Source: Fibrobacterota bacterium
GTDB lineage: Bacteria > Fibrobacterota > Fibrobacteria > UBA11236
Length of the DNA: 64,000 nt
Reading direction: 5' to 3'
NCBI GenBank assembly: GCA_028287465.1
Contig: JAQBPO010000050.1
Span: 182,743-246,742, forward strand
The position numbers and the translations under genes are program-made. A model generated the notes under the pieces. The model was not told the DNA's origin. It made no database searches and saw nothing but the letters and a program-made list of their open reading frames with translations. Positions within the stretch are counted from its first letter, which is position 1; each line of letters opens with the position of its first letter. Positions 37,034-46,402 of the stretch are shown here, piece by piece.

Positions 37034-38236
37034 TCAATAGACCGGAGCCACCCCGGCTGACTTGCAGAAGTTACGGTATTGGTTCAGCACGTTCGTCTGG
37101 TAGGTGTTCCCGTTGGCGCTGAAGGACGTGCAGCCGGAAACCGTACTCGAACCCTGATTGTATCCGGCAAGGCCCATCTGGACGTAGTTGGCGGCGGTGC
37201 AACCATTGAATTTCCGCTTCATCTCCTCCATCACGTTCCGCAAGGCCTTGGCTCCGTTGTCGATGCTGTATTCGGGATTGAACGCGGACGTGGCCCAGAG
37301 GGGATTCGCCGGATTGGTCACCAGGTCGATGATGATTCCCGCTTCCTGCACTATGGTATTGCCCGACGCCTGGTCCGCGGGATCGTTCCAGGCGAGCACG
37401 GCTGGGTTCCCGTTGAGGCCTCCGGAAACGGTGGCCGTAACCGGGGTGCCGGCGGGCAAGGTGGCGTATCCCCTCTCGCACCCCGGAGTCACCTGGATCA
37501 GGCCGTAGCTGTGCGTACCGCAGGGCAATTGGACGTCCCACATGCTGATGGCATTGGCTTTGAAGGAGGACTCGATCACGATCATGGCCTTGACGACCAT
37601 GGCCAAGGATGAGTCGAGCCCTTGCTTCATGTAGGCGTCCACGATCTGGCGATCGTATTTGTCGTAGATGATATTGCCCACCCCCACGAGATCGCGTTCC
37701 AGGGAAAGGTCTCCCATGTCCTTGGCCTCCGCCGAAGCCAGCTCCGACTTCTTTGCGAACCAGCCCGCCTTGGAAAGCGAAATCGTATCCGGGGCGGCGA
37801 AGGCCGCGGCTTTGAACGCGGCGCGGTCAGGGGCATGCGCGGAGGCGTCCGCCGGGACGGTGGAGGTGGCGGAGGCGGCCGAAGCGCGGCCATTGGGGAA
37901 AAGGATGCGATGGGGCGCCGAGGAACCTGAAGCGGATTTGCCGAGAGCGTCCCGGCCGGCGAATCCCGTCCCGGTACCCCGATCGGCGAGCCCGGGATTG
38001 GCGAGGGTATTCCAGGGCACCAACCCGGTTCCCGGCAGCTTCAATTCGAACCGTCCGTCCGTTCCGGTGGTGGCGGTGATCCCCAATTTGATCAGGGTTA
38101 CGCGCGCTCCCGACAGCGGGGTGGATCCCGCGCCGACCACCCGCCCGGTGATGGATTCGGCCGAAGCATCGGCGGCCTGGGTCAGCAGCCACGCCGTTAT
38201 CAATAATGTCCCTATGATTCCGCTCTTCCCACGCAT
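37034..38236 (-). CDS. Secreted protein with a carboxypeptidase-regulatory-like beta-sandwich and a lysozyme-like lytic transglycosylase (SLT) domain
   Basis: The signal peptide is MRGKSGIIGTLLITAWLLTQAADASA. The CarbopepD_reg-like segment is GRVVGAGSTPLSGARVTLIKLGITATTGTDGRFEL. The SLT catalytic motifs are VIESSF and YGLIQV. Confidence 0.7.
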   Translation of the reverse strand: MRGKSGIIGTLLITAWLLTQAADASAESITGRVVGAGSTPLSGARVTLIKLGITATTGTDGRFELKLPGTGLVPWNTLANPGLADRGTGTGFAGRDALGKSASGSSAPHRILFPNGRASAASATSTVPADASAHAPDRAAFKAAAFAAPDTISLSKAGWFAKKSELASAEAKDMGDLSLERDLVGVGNIIYDKYDRQIVDAYMKQGLDSSLAMVVKAMIVIESSFKANAISMWDVQLPCGTHSYGLIQVTPGCERGYATLPAGTPVTATVSGGLNGNPAVLAWNDPADQASGNTIVQEAGIIIDLVTNPANPLWATSAFNPEYSIDNGAKALRNVMEEMKRKFNGCTAANYVQMGLAGYNQGSSTVSGCTSFSANGNTYQTNVLNQYRNFCKSAGVAPVY

Positions 38237-38437
38237 GCGATTCCTCCGGTTTGTCCAGGCCCCCCAGCCCATAGCGGACTCCCGGGTCGAATATAAGCGA
38301 CGGGGACGGAAGGGACCCGTCGATTCTGGAGGAGAACCCGGAAGAAGCGGGCAGTTACGGGGTTAACCGGGGAATTGGGAACGGCCTCGTTTTCCGCCAG
38401 GAAACGGAAACCCCATCGCTTCCTTCCATGCAGGCTT

Positions 38438-38884
38438 TTACCTGGAGTATTTGGGATCCACGCCATCTTCGGATTGTCCATAGGCGGTCGCCCTTGAACC
38501 GGAAGTAGAATCGGCAGGCAGGTCGCGGGCGCCGCTGATGATCATCGCGACCCCGGCCATCGCCACTCCCGCGCCTAACAGTTGGCCGCCGGTGCTGGGA
38601 CCCTCCTCCGAACATGGCCCGATATTGAAGGCATCCGGATCGGGGTCGCACCGCTCCAGGGAATTGAAAAGGGCGATCAGCCCGCCGAGCGGAATCAGCA
38701 AGACTCCCAGGACGATTTTCACCCGGCCCTGGGCCGCTCTCAACCTTGCCTGGTCCGTAACCGGGGTTCCTGCGGGCTTTACCACCGGAGCCGGGGGGCC
38801 GACGGGTTCCGAGGCATGGATTGACGTGGTCAATAGGGAGAAGGCGAGGACGAGGGGGAGTACATGGGATGATTTCATTCCCAT
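38438..38884 (-). CDS. Hypothetical small secreted/membrane protein
   Basis: The signal peptide is MGMKSSHVLPLVLAFSLLTTSIHA. An internal hydrophobic helix is also present. I recognise no family. Confidence 0.45.
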   Translation of the reverse strand: MGMKSSHVLPLVLAFSLLTTSIHASEPVGPPAPVVKPAGTPVTDQARLRAAQGRVKIVLGVLLIPLGGLIALFNSLERCDPDPDAFNIGPCSEEGPSTGGQLLGAGVAMAGVAMIISGARDLPADSTSGSRATAYGQSEDGVDPKYSR

Positions 38885-38950
38885 TGGACGCCAGCAGGTT
38901 CATGGACGGAAACTTCCGCTTCCGTCCATGCGGGCTTTATGGTTGGGGAA

Positions 38951-41900
38951 TCAGGGATTCGCGGCGGCTTCGGCTTCGGATTCCGAATGGCCGGCGTTTT
39001 CGCGGGCCTCCGGTCCGGACTCCTCGTCGCGGCCGCCCGCTTCATCGTGGGACCTGGGGGCGCGGCCCATGGCCGTGTCGCAGGCGTCCACGAAGCGGCG
39101 CCAGACATAATCGCTCTGGGCGCGGGGCACGGCGCCGATGCGGCGCCATTCGCGCTGCAGGGTGACCGCGTGGCGGGCGGATTCGGGACCGGGATTCTGG
39201 GCCAGGGATTCCGCATCCGCGATGAGATCGAGCTTCTTGTCCAGGTTCGCCTGGGGATCCTCGGGACGCAGGCCCAGGGCCTGGCGGCGTTCTTCGAAGA
39301 AGCCGTCGCAGGCGGCGTGGAAGCGTTCCCATAGGGAATCGCTGACCTCGCGCGGCACGGGTCCGATGTTCTTCCATTCCCTTTGGATGGCCTTGACCTT
39401 TTCCGTGGTCTCGTTCCAATCCATGGGGCCGTCCGGCACCTTGAAGCGCGCCAGGTCGGCCGGCAGGCCTTCCCGTTCCCATTCCCGGCGGGCCTTGGTT
39501 TCTTCTTCCGTGAGCGGGCGGGAAAGCATGCATTCCACCAGGAAGCACAGGTCGGTCTTGCGCTTGAGGTTCCCGCCGCGCTCGGAGTCCCGCTTGGCGG
39601 AGTTCTCCTTGAGGCGGTCGAAGAAGGCGTCGCAGGCGGCGCGGAAGCGTTTCCACAATTCCCGGTCCGACTCGCGGGGCGCGGGGCCGGCGGCCTTCCA
39701 GCGCTCCTGGAGGACCTTGATCTTCTCGATGGTGGCCTTCCACTCCGTGGAGCCTATCAGGGTCTCGGCCTCGGCGCAGATCTCTTCCTTGACCTTGGCG
39801 TTCTCCTCGCGAACCTGACGCTCTTCGCCCATGCGGGACTTGCGGCCTTCGAAGTAGAGGTCGATGGGCTTGCGGAAGCGTTCCCACAGGGCGTCATCCA
39901 CGTCACGGGTGCCGCCGGGGCCGACATCCTTCCAGGCGGCCTGGGCCTCCTTGATCCTGTCGAAGCGCTCCTGATCGCCGGGCAGGGCCTCGAGGCCTTC
40001 CACCGCGGCGATAAGCTCTTCCTTGCGCGCCAGGTTCTGGGGCTTCTCCTGATCCAGCTTCTCCATGAATGAGCGGCGGGCCTGGTAGAACTTCTCGCAG
40101 GCCCCGTGGAAGCGCGCCCATACGGCATCCGCTTGATCGCGGGGCACGGGCCCGATCGTCTTCCACCGTTCCTGGGCTTCCTTGATTTGGGCGCCGGAGG
40201 TCTTCCACTCGGTGGAATCCTGCAGGGATTCGGCCAAGGCGGCCAGCTCCAGCTTGCGGGTCAGGTTGTCCCCGTTCTGCTTGTCCTTGCGATCGAAAAA
40301 GGCGCTGAAGGCGGCGCGGAACCGGTTCCAGACGGCGTCCGACTGGGCCTTGGGCACGGCCCCGATGGCCTTCCAGGAACTCTGGGCTTCCTTGACCGTT
40401 TCCATGGCCTCGCGCCAATCGATATCGTCCTGGGCCGTGAGGGCCTCGATGCGGGCGCAGAGTTCTTCTTTCGCCTTGAGGTTCCCCTCGCGCTCCTCGT
40501 CGAGCTCGGCGAAATATTCCCGGCAACGTTCGTACAGCTTGTCCGAGACAAGGTGGTAGCGTTCCCACAGGGCTTCGGAACTCTCCCAGGGAACCGGTCC
40601 CAGGGATTTCCATTCGGCCTGGAGTTCCTTGAACCGCGCGACCATGGCCTTGCGGTCCTCCTGGCCTTCCTTGGCCTCCTGTCCCGCCAGCGCCTCGAGG
40701 CGGTCGCAGATGGATGTCTTGGCGCGGAGGTTGGACCAGCGCAACCAGTCGGAGGCCTCGCGGAAGCGATCGAGGAAGGCCTGATAGCCGCCCAGCACAT
40801 GCTCGGCCTCGGGACCGACGGGGGCGGGATGCAGGGAGCGCCATTCGGCGTTAAGCTCCTTGAAGCGCCGTTCCGCCGATGCCATGTCAGGGCTTTCCAG
40901 CAATGCCTCGAGAGCGGGGAGCAGTTCCTTCATCCGCTCCAGGTTCGCGGCGCGCATCTGATCCAGGGACGCCTGGGTGGAGGCGAGGGCATGCTCGAAA
41001 CGGGCGCGGTACTCCTCCTTGCCGGAGAAATTGCCGGCGGCGCCGATGGCCTTGCTCCATTCTCTGCGCAGGTCGCGGAAGCGATCGGCGGCCTGTCCGG
41101 CGGGGATCCGGGCGAGGGCTTCAGCCTGTTCGCACAAGGCGCCCAGGCGGCCTCCATGTTCCTTCTCGTCGGAGGTGCGTCGGACGAGGTTCTCGCGATC
41201 ACGGGTCCGGCGTTCGATTTTGTCGACGCCGGCGCGGAAGCGCCTTTGCAGTTCGCCTTCGACGCCTTCGGCCGCGGACCCCACGTTCTGGAAGCGATCG
41301 CGAAGGTCGCGGATGGCGGCGGCCAGGGCGTTTACCGGTTCCGCCGGAGCGGCATTCCCTTCGGTGTCGGCATGGGGACGGGTTTCCGCAGGCGCGGACC
41401 CATCGATCGCCGAGGCGGGGAGGATCAGGGTTTCCGCACCTGCTTCGATGGAGCTGGTGTCCGGTTCGGCGAAGAGGGCGGACGATGCGAAGGGAACGGT
41501 GACCAAGGTCGGCCTTGGGGCGGGCTCATCGATGCCTTTTTCCCAGAGCGCGTCCAGCTCCGCGCAAATCTCTTCCTTGAGGCGCTTGTTCTCGGACGCC
41601 TGCTTTTCCTTCGCATCCTTCTGGACGAGGTCCTGGCGCCAGCGGGCGTAACGCGCGCGGAACCTCGAGGCCGCGTCGCGGAAACGGGCGAGTTTGGCGG
41701 CATCGGGCTGGACGCCTTCGCCCATCAGTTCCGCCAGGGCGGCTTCGGCTTCGTCGAGATGGGTATTGCCGGTTTCCCAATCGTACTTGAGGGGCGGCTC
41801 CTCGGCGGCGGCGGCGAGCTTGTCGGCGGCGGCCAAAACCAGGCCGAGCTTGGCGCGATTGACCGTGGCGGCGTCCGGTCCCTTCTGGACATTGAGGGAT

Positions 41901-42463
41901 TTCAGCCGTTCCTTGGCGGCGATGCGGACCGCCTTGCTTTTGGCGCCCTTGGCGAGGCTTTCCAGCTGGCTTTCCCGCGCGACCTTGTCCAGGGCCTTGA
42001 GCGCCAGGCCATTGTCCGCTTCCGAAAGGGCTACGGCGTGGAAGGCCCCGGCATGCACCAGTTTCGCGAAGGCGAGCTTGCGCATTTCCAGGGAGATCGC
42101 GTTCTTGGCGATGTCCTCCAGGGCGCGTTGATCCTCGCCGACGCCTTCAAGGGCTTCACGGCCCTTGTCGAGGGCCTGGGGGTCCGAAGCCGCGGTCTTG
42201 GCGGCCTGCAATTGGGATTCGACCCATGCCTTCTGGGCCAGGTCCTTTATGCCGCGGTCGGTCGATCCGTCCCTGAGCTTTTTCAGCAGCTCCGGGTCCT
42301 TCACCTTGCGGGCGGCGATCAGGCGGTTGGCCGGATCCTGATCTTCCAGGGCCAAGGTCGCCAGCAGCGGTTGCCGATCCTCTTCGAGCGCGCGGATGGC
42401 CGCGGCGCGGACCCCGGGCTCGCTATGCTTCCACTGAGGTTTGAAGAAATCCATGAATCCCAT
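38951..42463 (-). CDS. Giant DUF349-repeat protein of 1171 aa
   Basis: More than ten units of about 75 aa each carry a conserved Trp-x2-Arg/Tyr-Phe core. Examples are ALWERYHLV, AVWNRFRAAF, AVWARFHGAC, ALWERFRKPI, ELWKRFRAAC, SLWERFHAAC and YVWRRFVDAC. The N-terminus MGFMDFFKPQWKHS is typical of DUF349 proteins. I chose the ATG at 42463, which has a GGGAG ribosome-binding site. Confidence 0.8.
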   Translation of the reverse strand: MGFMDFFKPQWKHSEPGVRAAAIRALEEDRQPLLATLALEDQDPANRLIAARKVKDPELLKKLRDGSTDRGIKDLAQKAWVESQLQAAKTAASDPQALDKGREALEGVGEDQRALEDIAKNAISLEMRKLAFAKLVHAGAFHAVALSEADNGLALKALDKVARESQLESLAKGAKSKAVRIAAKERLKSLNVQKGPDAATVNRAKLGLVLAAADKLAAAAEEPPLKYDWETGNTHLDEAEAALAELMGEGVQPDAAKLARFRDAASRFRARYARWRQDLVQKDAKEKQASENKRLKEEICAELDALWEKGIDEPAPRPTLVTVPFASSALFAEPDTSSIEAGAETLILPASAIDGSAPAETRPHADTEGNAAPAEPVNALAAAIRDLRDRFQNVGSAAEGVEGELQRRFRAGVDKIERRTRDRENLVRRTSDEKEHGGRLGALCEQAEALARIPAGQAADRFRDLRREWSKAIGAAGNFSGKEEYRARFEHALASTQASLDQMRAANLERMKELLPALEALLESPDMASAERRFKELNAEWRSLHPAPVGPEAEHVLGGYQAFLDRFREASDWLRWSNLRAKTSICDRLEALAGQEAKEGQEDRKAMVARFKELQAEWKSLGPVPWESSEALWERYHLVSDKLYERCREYFAELDEEREGNLKAKEELCARIEALTAQDDIDWREAMETVKEAQSSWKAIGAVPKAQSDAVWNRFRAAFSAFFDRKDKQNGDNLTRKLELAALAESLQDSTEWKTSGAQIKEAQERWKTIGPVPRDQADAVWARFHGACEKFYQARRSFMEKLDQEKPQNLARKEELIAAVEGLEALPGDQERFDRIKEAQAAWKDVGPGGTRDVDDALWERFRKPIDLYFEGRKSRMGEERQVREENAKVKEEICAEAETLIGSTEWKATIEKIKVLQERWKAAGPAPRESDRELWKRFRAACDAFFDRLKENSAKRDSERGGNLKRKTDLCFLVECMLSRPLTEEETKARREWEREGLPADLARFKVPDGPMDWNETTEKVKAIQREWKNIGPVPREVSDSLWERFHAACDGFFEERRQALGLRPEDPQANLDKKLDLIADAESLAQNPGPESARHAVTLQREWRRIGAVPRAQSDYVWRRFVDACDTAMGRAPRSHDEAGGRDEESGPEARENAGHSESEAEAAANP

Positions 42464-42631
42464 GAAAGCTCCCGGGTCTGTTGGGAGGAACCATCGTGAC
42501 CGCGGCATACCTGGGTATCGGCCGTCGGCTGCGAAGAGTTCCCCGAGTGATCATATTGTAAAAAATAGGCAACGGGCCGCAAAGGTACGGGGCCAGATAA
42601 GGCCAAAAGGACCGGTTCTTTCCGGGGGGAT

Positions 42632-43792
42632 TCAGGCTTTAAGGCCGGAGGCCCGGGCGGAAGGAGGGGAACGGGGCGGGGACGGGTCCGTCGGGGACGG
42701 GGCCGTCGGGGACGGGGCCTTATCCGAAGCGGGGGCCGCTAGGCGGGAGGCGTCTTCGCAGTTGTTCAGGCAATCGTCATCCATGCATTGGCCCACCTGC
42801 AGGGTAATGTGGTCCATGCGGAAATCGCGGCTCAGGGATTTGGCGAGCACCGCGGTGACTTCCTTCTCGGAAGCGGCTCCCGCCGCGATGTCCACGTGGG
42901 CGCTCAGGTAGAGATCCCGGCCGTTCATGGTCCAGACGTGCAGGTCATGGACGCCTCGGACCTGGCCGGTGGCGAGCATGGCTCCGCGTACGGATTCGAT
43001 CGTCACGCCTTCGGGGGTCCCTTCGACCAGGATGTGCCCGCTCTTCCGCATCACCCGCGCTCCGGCCGCCGTGATTACGGCGGCGATCACCAGGCTCAGG
43101 ACGGGATCCGCCCATAGCCAGTCCTTCCAAAGGATGAGACCGGCTGCCGCGACGGCGGCGAGCGAGGCGCCCAGATCCCCCAGGACGTGCCAGAAGGCGC
43201 TTTCCTCGTTCAAGGTCTTTTCATGGCTGCCGATATGGAGCCAGACGGCCACCGCAAGGTTGACGAGCAGGCCGAGGCCCGCCACCCAGATCATGGAACG
43301 CGCTTCCACGGCCACCGGATGGATAAGCCTCCCGACGGCCTCGATGCCGATGAAGATCGAGAGGAGGATCAGGGCCAGGCCATTGCCGAAGGCGGCCAGG
43401 ATCTCCATGCGTTTGAAGCCGAAGGTCTTTTCCTCGGTCGCCTTGCGCGCGCCCAGGGAGACCGCGAAGGCCGAGAGCCCCAGGGCCACGGCGTCCGAAA
43501 GCATGTGGAACCCGTCGGACATGAGGGTGAGGGAATGGAACAGCCATCCGCACGTCACTTCCACGATCATGAACAAGGCGATGATCCAGAAGCTGATGAG
43601 CAATTTCCCGTAGGAGGCGTGGGGCGCGTGCACATGCACATGGGCCAGGCCCTCGAGGCCATTATGCCGGGGCCCGTGGTCATCATGGCCATGGTCGTGA
43701 TGGGAATGCCCATGGCCATCATGGCCGTGGGCGTGGACGTGCCCGGTTCCGCCGGTTCCGCGTGGATGGTTGTGCGAAGAGGATGAGCCCAT
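42632..43792 (-). CDS. Cation diffusion facilitator (CzcD/ZitB-like) metal efflux transporter with a His-rich N-terminus
   Basis: There are six TM helices. Metal-site motifs are FHMLSDAV and HVLGDLG. The N-terminus reads HVHAHGHDGHGHSHHDHGHDDHG. A Pro/Ser-rich C-terminal tail follows. Confidence 0.9.
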   Translation of the reverse strand: MGSSSSHNHPRGTGGTGHVHAHGHDGHGHSHHDHGHDDHGPRHNGLEGLAHVHVHAPHASYGKLLISFWIIALFMIVEVTCGWLFHSLTLMSDGFHMLSDAVALGLSAFAVSLGARKATEEKTFGFKRMEILAAFGNGLALILLSIFIGIEAVGRLIHPVAVEARSMIWVAGLGLLVNLAVAVWLHIGSHEKTLNEESAFWHVLGDLGASLAAVAAAGLILWKDWLWADPVLSLVIAAVITAAGARVMRKSGHILVEGTPEGVTIESVRGAMLATGQVRGVHDLHVWTMNGRDLYLSAHVDIAAGAASEKEVTAVLAKSLSRDFRMDHITLQVGQCMDDDCLNNCEDASRLAAPASDKAPSPTAPSPTDPSPPRSPPSARASGLKA

Positions 43793-43935
43793 AGTGCATT
43801 GGCCGGGCGGCGACGCTGGGACGCGCGCAAGTCCGGCGGCCCGGGGTGACCGGGCGTCCTTCTTCCTTTAATATACCCTATGGGAAGGGTTGAAAGCCCG
43901 CTCCGGGTCCCCGAAAAGGGCCGTTCCGGGACTTT

Positions 43936-44349
43936 TCAGGGGGTGGTCGCGGGCTTCGGGTCGGCATCGGCGGCGGGATGGGCGGGCGCAAGGGAAGCCG
44001 TGCTATCATGGGCCGCTGCGGAGATGCTGACGAGATATTGGGTGATGGCGCGCTCCTGGTCCGCGTTCAATTTCGCGTTTTCCGCCATGCGGCCGACCAT
44101 CTCCGGCCATTCCTCGGGGGTGAGGGCCCTGGGCTCCTTCAATCCGTGGCAGGCGGAACAACGGCCGATATACAGTTTACGGCCCAGCATCAAGGCGGGA
44201 AGGGTGGTAACCTGCCCGTGACGCCCTGCGTATTCCACGTTCTTGGCGGTGGGGGCTGGGACGGCTCCCGATCCGGCGCAACCGGATAGCAGGAGGCCCG
44301 CAACGGCCAGGAGGGCAACCGCGACCAGGAGGGCAACCGCGACGCCCAT
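43936..44349 (-). CDS. Small mono-heme c-type cytochrome lipoprotein
   Basis: The lipobox signal is MGVAVALLVAVALLAVAGLLLSGC. The single CXXCH heme-binding motif is CSACHG. The start is uncertain; the track ORF extends to 44484. Confidence 0.6.
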   Translation of the reverse strand: MGVAVALLVAVALLAVAGLLLSGCAGSGAVPAPTAKNVEYAGRHGQVTTLPALMLGRKLYIGRCSACHGLKEPRALTPEEWPEMVGRMAENAKLNADQERAITQYLVSISAAAHDSTASLAPAHPAADADPKPATTP

Positions 44350-44413
44350 GGACAGGGACGCGGCGCCGAAAAAGGCCGCGGCGCCCTTGAAGGCGGACGC
44401 GGCACGGGCGGAT

Positions 44414-45238
44414 TCAGATATGGAAGGAAAAGAGCAGTCTCGCATTGATTTTCTCCCCGTCGTCCAGGACAAGTATAGAACCACCCTCCGCCTTGGACAA
44501 GGCCGGCAGCTGGGGCAGGAGGCTGAAGGTCATCCACCAGGATTCCGTGGCATAGGATACCACCGGTCCTGCGTACAAAGCCGAGAATTCATGCTCCAGG
44601 TCTCCCGCGGCGCTCTTGACGAAAGCGTTGTGGTTGCGGAATTCCAATCCCGCGTGGAATCCCTTCGCGATCTCGTAGGATGCGCCCAAGGCGAGGTCCG
44701 GCGCGATTTCCTCGAGCTCCATTTCCTCGGCTTCCGCCTCGAACTCGAACTCGCCGATCAGGTTGGCCGCGAAAAGGAACCGGCCCATTCGCTTGTCGAG
44801 CAGGACCTTGGGTTCCAACTCGAAACCGGAGGTATTGAAGGTGAGTTCCCCGTAGAGGGCCAGGCCCACCGCATCCGCGACCGGGTCCATCATCTTCAGC
44901 TTCCATTCATTCGAGAATCCCTGCCATTCGAAACCGGTGGAGAGGTTGCCCGCCGAGTCGCCCGCCGTGGTATTGCGCATGTTCAGGTAGAAGGCCGTCA
45001 TCAGGTTGTTCGCCACGCCCACCTCGAAGGAGATGCGGTGATCGAGGGCGGAGAAGTAGTCCTCCCGGCCCGCGCGCAGGGTGTTGTAGACTTCCAGCTC
45101 CTTGGCCCCCGGGGCCAGGACGCCGGTCTCGTAAACGTAGCCGAAGTGGCGTTCGTTCGCGGAGGCGGTCGCGGCCAGGGAGGCGACCAGGGCGGCGCAG
45201 AGGATCAGGTTGGAACGGAGGGAAATGCTGGATGACAT
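44414..45238 (-). CDS. Putative outer-membrane beta-barrel protein (possibly MetA-pathway/transporter-like family)
   Basis: The signal peptide is MSSSISLRSNLILCAALVASLAATASA. Alternating amphipathic beta-strand patterns run through the protein. The C-terminus LLFSFHI ends in an aromatic residue. The family assignment is tentative. Confidence 0.55.
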   Translation of the reverse strand: MSSSISLRSNLILCAALVASLAATASANERHFGYVYETGVLAPGAKELEVYNTLRAGREDYFSALDHRISFEVGVANNLMTAFYLNMRNTTAGDSAGNLSTGFEWQGFSNEWKLKMMDPVADAVGLALYGELTFNTSGFELEPKVLLDKRMGRFLFAANLIGEFEFEAEAEEMELEEIAPDLALGASYEIAKGFHAGLEFRNHNAFVKSAAGDLEHEFSALYAGPVVSYATESWWMTFSLLPQLPALSKAEGGSILVLDDGEKINARLLFSFHI

Positions 45239-45409
45239 GGATGGCCTTTCACGTTTTCGATGTGGTGCGAAAAATACACCTTGGATTCACTGAAATCAAG
45301 ACTGAATCTCAATTTCAACCTTTAAAAGCACGAAATCGAACTGAAAAGGGCTGTTTTGCGCCGAATGACGGAAAAAATGGGACGGGAACCCGGTCCGGAA
45401 CCGGCGGGA

Positions 45410-46219
45410 TCAGGGCAGGTTTTCGGTAATCCAGGCGGCCACCTTGGCCATGGCCTTGGAGATGGCTTCCATCCGGCCGGGGATAGGCGATTGGGTTTCC
45501 TCGTCGAAGTAGAGCGCGCGGTTCACTTCGATCATGACTCCGGGCACGGAGTAGGGGGCGAGGGAATACCTTCGGAGGATATGCCCGCCGTCGAATGGAT
45601 GGTTGAGGACGGGTCCTTCCGGGAGGCCGCATTCGGCCAAGGGCCCCTTGAGCAATTGCGCCAGCTTATCGCGGATGCCGCGGGCGAGGGGAGGAGCGCA
45701 GGAGACGGGCCCGGAGGCCGGATCCCCTTCCGTATCGCCGAAGTTACCGATGCAGAGCGCGGGCCTGGGCCTGCCCTGGTCCGGACCGATGAGCGGCCCA
45801 TGCGCCGTCATGGAATGGCCGTCGATGAAGAACCGGATCCGCCCGGATCGGAGGGTCCGGTCAAGGGTTGCATGGTAGGGGTCGTAATACAAGGCAAGGC
45901 GCATCTCCCGTTCCTGCTGGGACAGGGCATAGCCGGTCGGGTAGAAGGGCCGCCGATCGAAATCGGTCATTTTGATGACGCCGTTCTCGCCGCCTTCGGT
46001 CCGTTCCCGGTTGAGGTCCGCCACGAACCGCGAGACGGGAGCATTCAAGGTGGTATCGACATCGGGGATATTGAAGAGGACGTCCGTAAAGGGATCGCCT
46101 TCCTTGAACAGCCGCCGCCGAAGGCCCGCTTCGCTCTCCCCGGTCTGGAGCATGCGGGCCATGAGCCAGTAGGGGACCTGGCCGGAGCAATGGGGGGTCG
46201 AGACCAGGAGGGGAAGCAT
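45410..46219 (-). CDS. N-formylglutamate amidohydrolase (FGase) family protein
   Basis: The FGase-like blocks are STPHCSG and FIDGHSMTAHGP. The length and predicted secondary structure fit PF05013-type proteins. Confidence 0.75.
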   Translation of the reverse strand: MLPLLVSTPHCSGQVPYWLMARMLQTGESEAGLRRRLFKEGDPFTDVLFNIPDVDTTLNAPVSRFVADLNRERTEGGENGVIKMTDFDRRPFYPTGYALSQQEREMRLALYYDPYHATLDRTLRSGRIRFFIDGHSMTAHGPLIGPDQGRPRPALCIGNFGDTEGDPASGPVSCAPPLARGIRDKLAQLLKGPLAECGLPEGPVLNHPFDGGHILRRYSLAPYSVPGVMIEVNRALYFDEETQSPIPGRMEAISKAMAKVAAWITENLP

Positions 46220-46402
46220 AGGTCTAGGATATCTTTCTTCGGGGGGGAATTCAAAATGAAAAAGGAAAAACGGGAAATGAAAAGACGGGGAGGAAAACGG
46301 TAGACCGCTTGGAAGCGGCAGTGGAACGCCCCGCCGTGCTGCCGGGCCGCCCTGCCTCGATTATGGATTCTCCCCTTTCGATTCCGGGTTCCGCCTTCTC
46401 CC

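Noticed and set aside
40106-42499. 797-aa plus-strand ORF opposite the DUF349 gene
   Set aside because: It is antisense. The minus-strand frame carries regular W/F repeat periodicity.
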